From NCBI GenBank assembly GCA_964557375.1, contig CAZKZZ010000004.1:5904-69119 (forward strand): DNA of 63,216 nucleotides, written 5' to 3'. Source of the stretch: an uncultured Spirochaetales bacterium (lineage in GTDB: Bacteria > Spirochaetota > Spirochaetia > SPDA01 > CAZJBZ01). A model generated the notes under the pieces. That model ran no database searches and was not told the DNA's origin. It worked only from the letters and a program-made list of their open reading frames with translations. Shown here one piece after another: positions 63,172-63,216 of the stretch. Every line of letters starts with the position of its first letter. Within the stretch, counting starts at the first letter, position 1. The position numbers were made by a program, and so were the translations under genes.

Positions 63172-63216
63172 TGCCGCCGAACAGAATCGAACTGTTGACA
63201 CGGGGATTTTCAGTCC
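63172..63216 (-). tRNA. tRNA-Phe (anticodon GAA), 3' part only (truncated by window end)
   Basis: The reverse complement reads GGA-CTGAAAA-TCCCC-GTGTC-AACAG-TTCGATT-CTGTT-CGGCGGC-A: anticodon loop with GAA, variable loop, T-arm, acceptor 3' strand and discriminator A. Confidence 0.75.

Overview
A densely coding 63.2-kb chromosomal window with about 54 CDS, one complete and one partial tRNA, and no rRNA, CRISPR array, transposase or integrase. CDS coordinates include the stop codon. The left end is a conserved housekeeping block on the minus strand: rpsB-tsf-frr-uppS-cdsA-dxr-rseP, followed by two hypothetical genes, with maf, a small membrane protein gene and tRNA-Arg(CCG) upstream. The middle mixes central metabolism (pyk, gdhA, citrate synthase, rpiB), signalling (GGDEF cyclase, class III adenylate cyclase, a hybrid histidine kinase, a CheB/CheR-PAS fusion next to a HisKA_2/HWE kinase), two Hsp20 genes and an anaerobe oxidative-stress module (Fur/PerR-like regulator, desulfoferrodoxin, and a 53-aa rubredoxin missing from the ORF track). 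The right part holds three paralogous LPP20-like envelope protein genes, a cobamide salvage/remodelling cluster (cobU, CbiR-like, cobS, cobD, cbiB) preceded by threonine-synthase-like, YhhQ/VUT and CDF genes, an unusual CUT1-like ABC operon, a CoA-acylating aldehyde dehydrogenase with an orphan carboxyltransferase, a NitT/TauT-type ABC pair and a metallophosphoesterase. Gene content (superoxide reductase, rubredoxin, iron-sulfur flavoprotein) points to an anaerobe. A Spirochaetota-like origin is only a guess. The best candidates for something uncharacterised are the LPP20-like trio with a terminator hairpin inside a coding region, the ABC operon with a triple-repeat CXXCH lipoprotein and a switch-like leader, the translationally coupled PEGA-TPR and triple TM-hairpin pair, and the extra genes in the cobamide locus. 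All functional calls rest on recognised motifs. No database search was possible.
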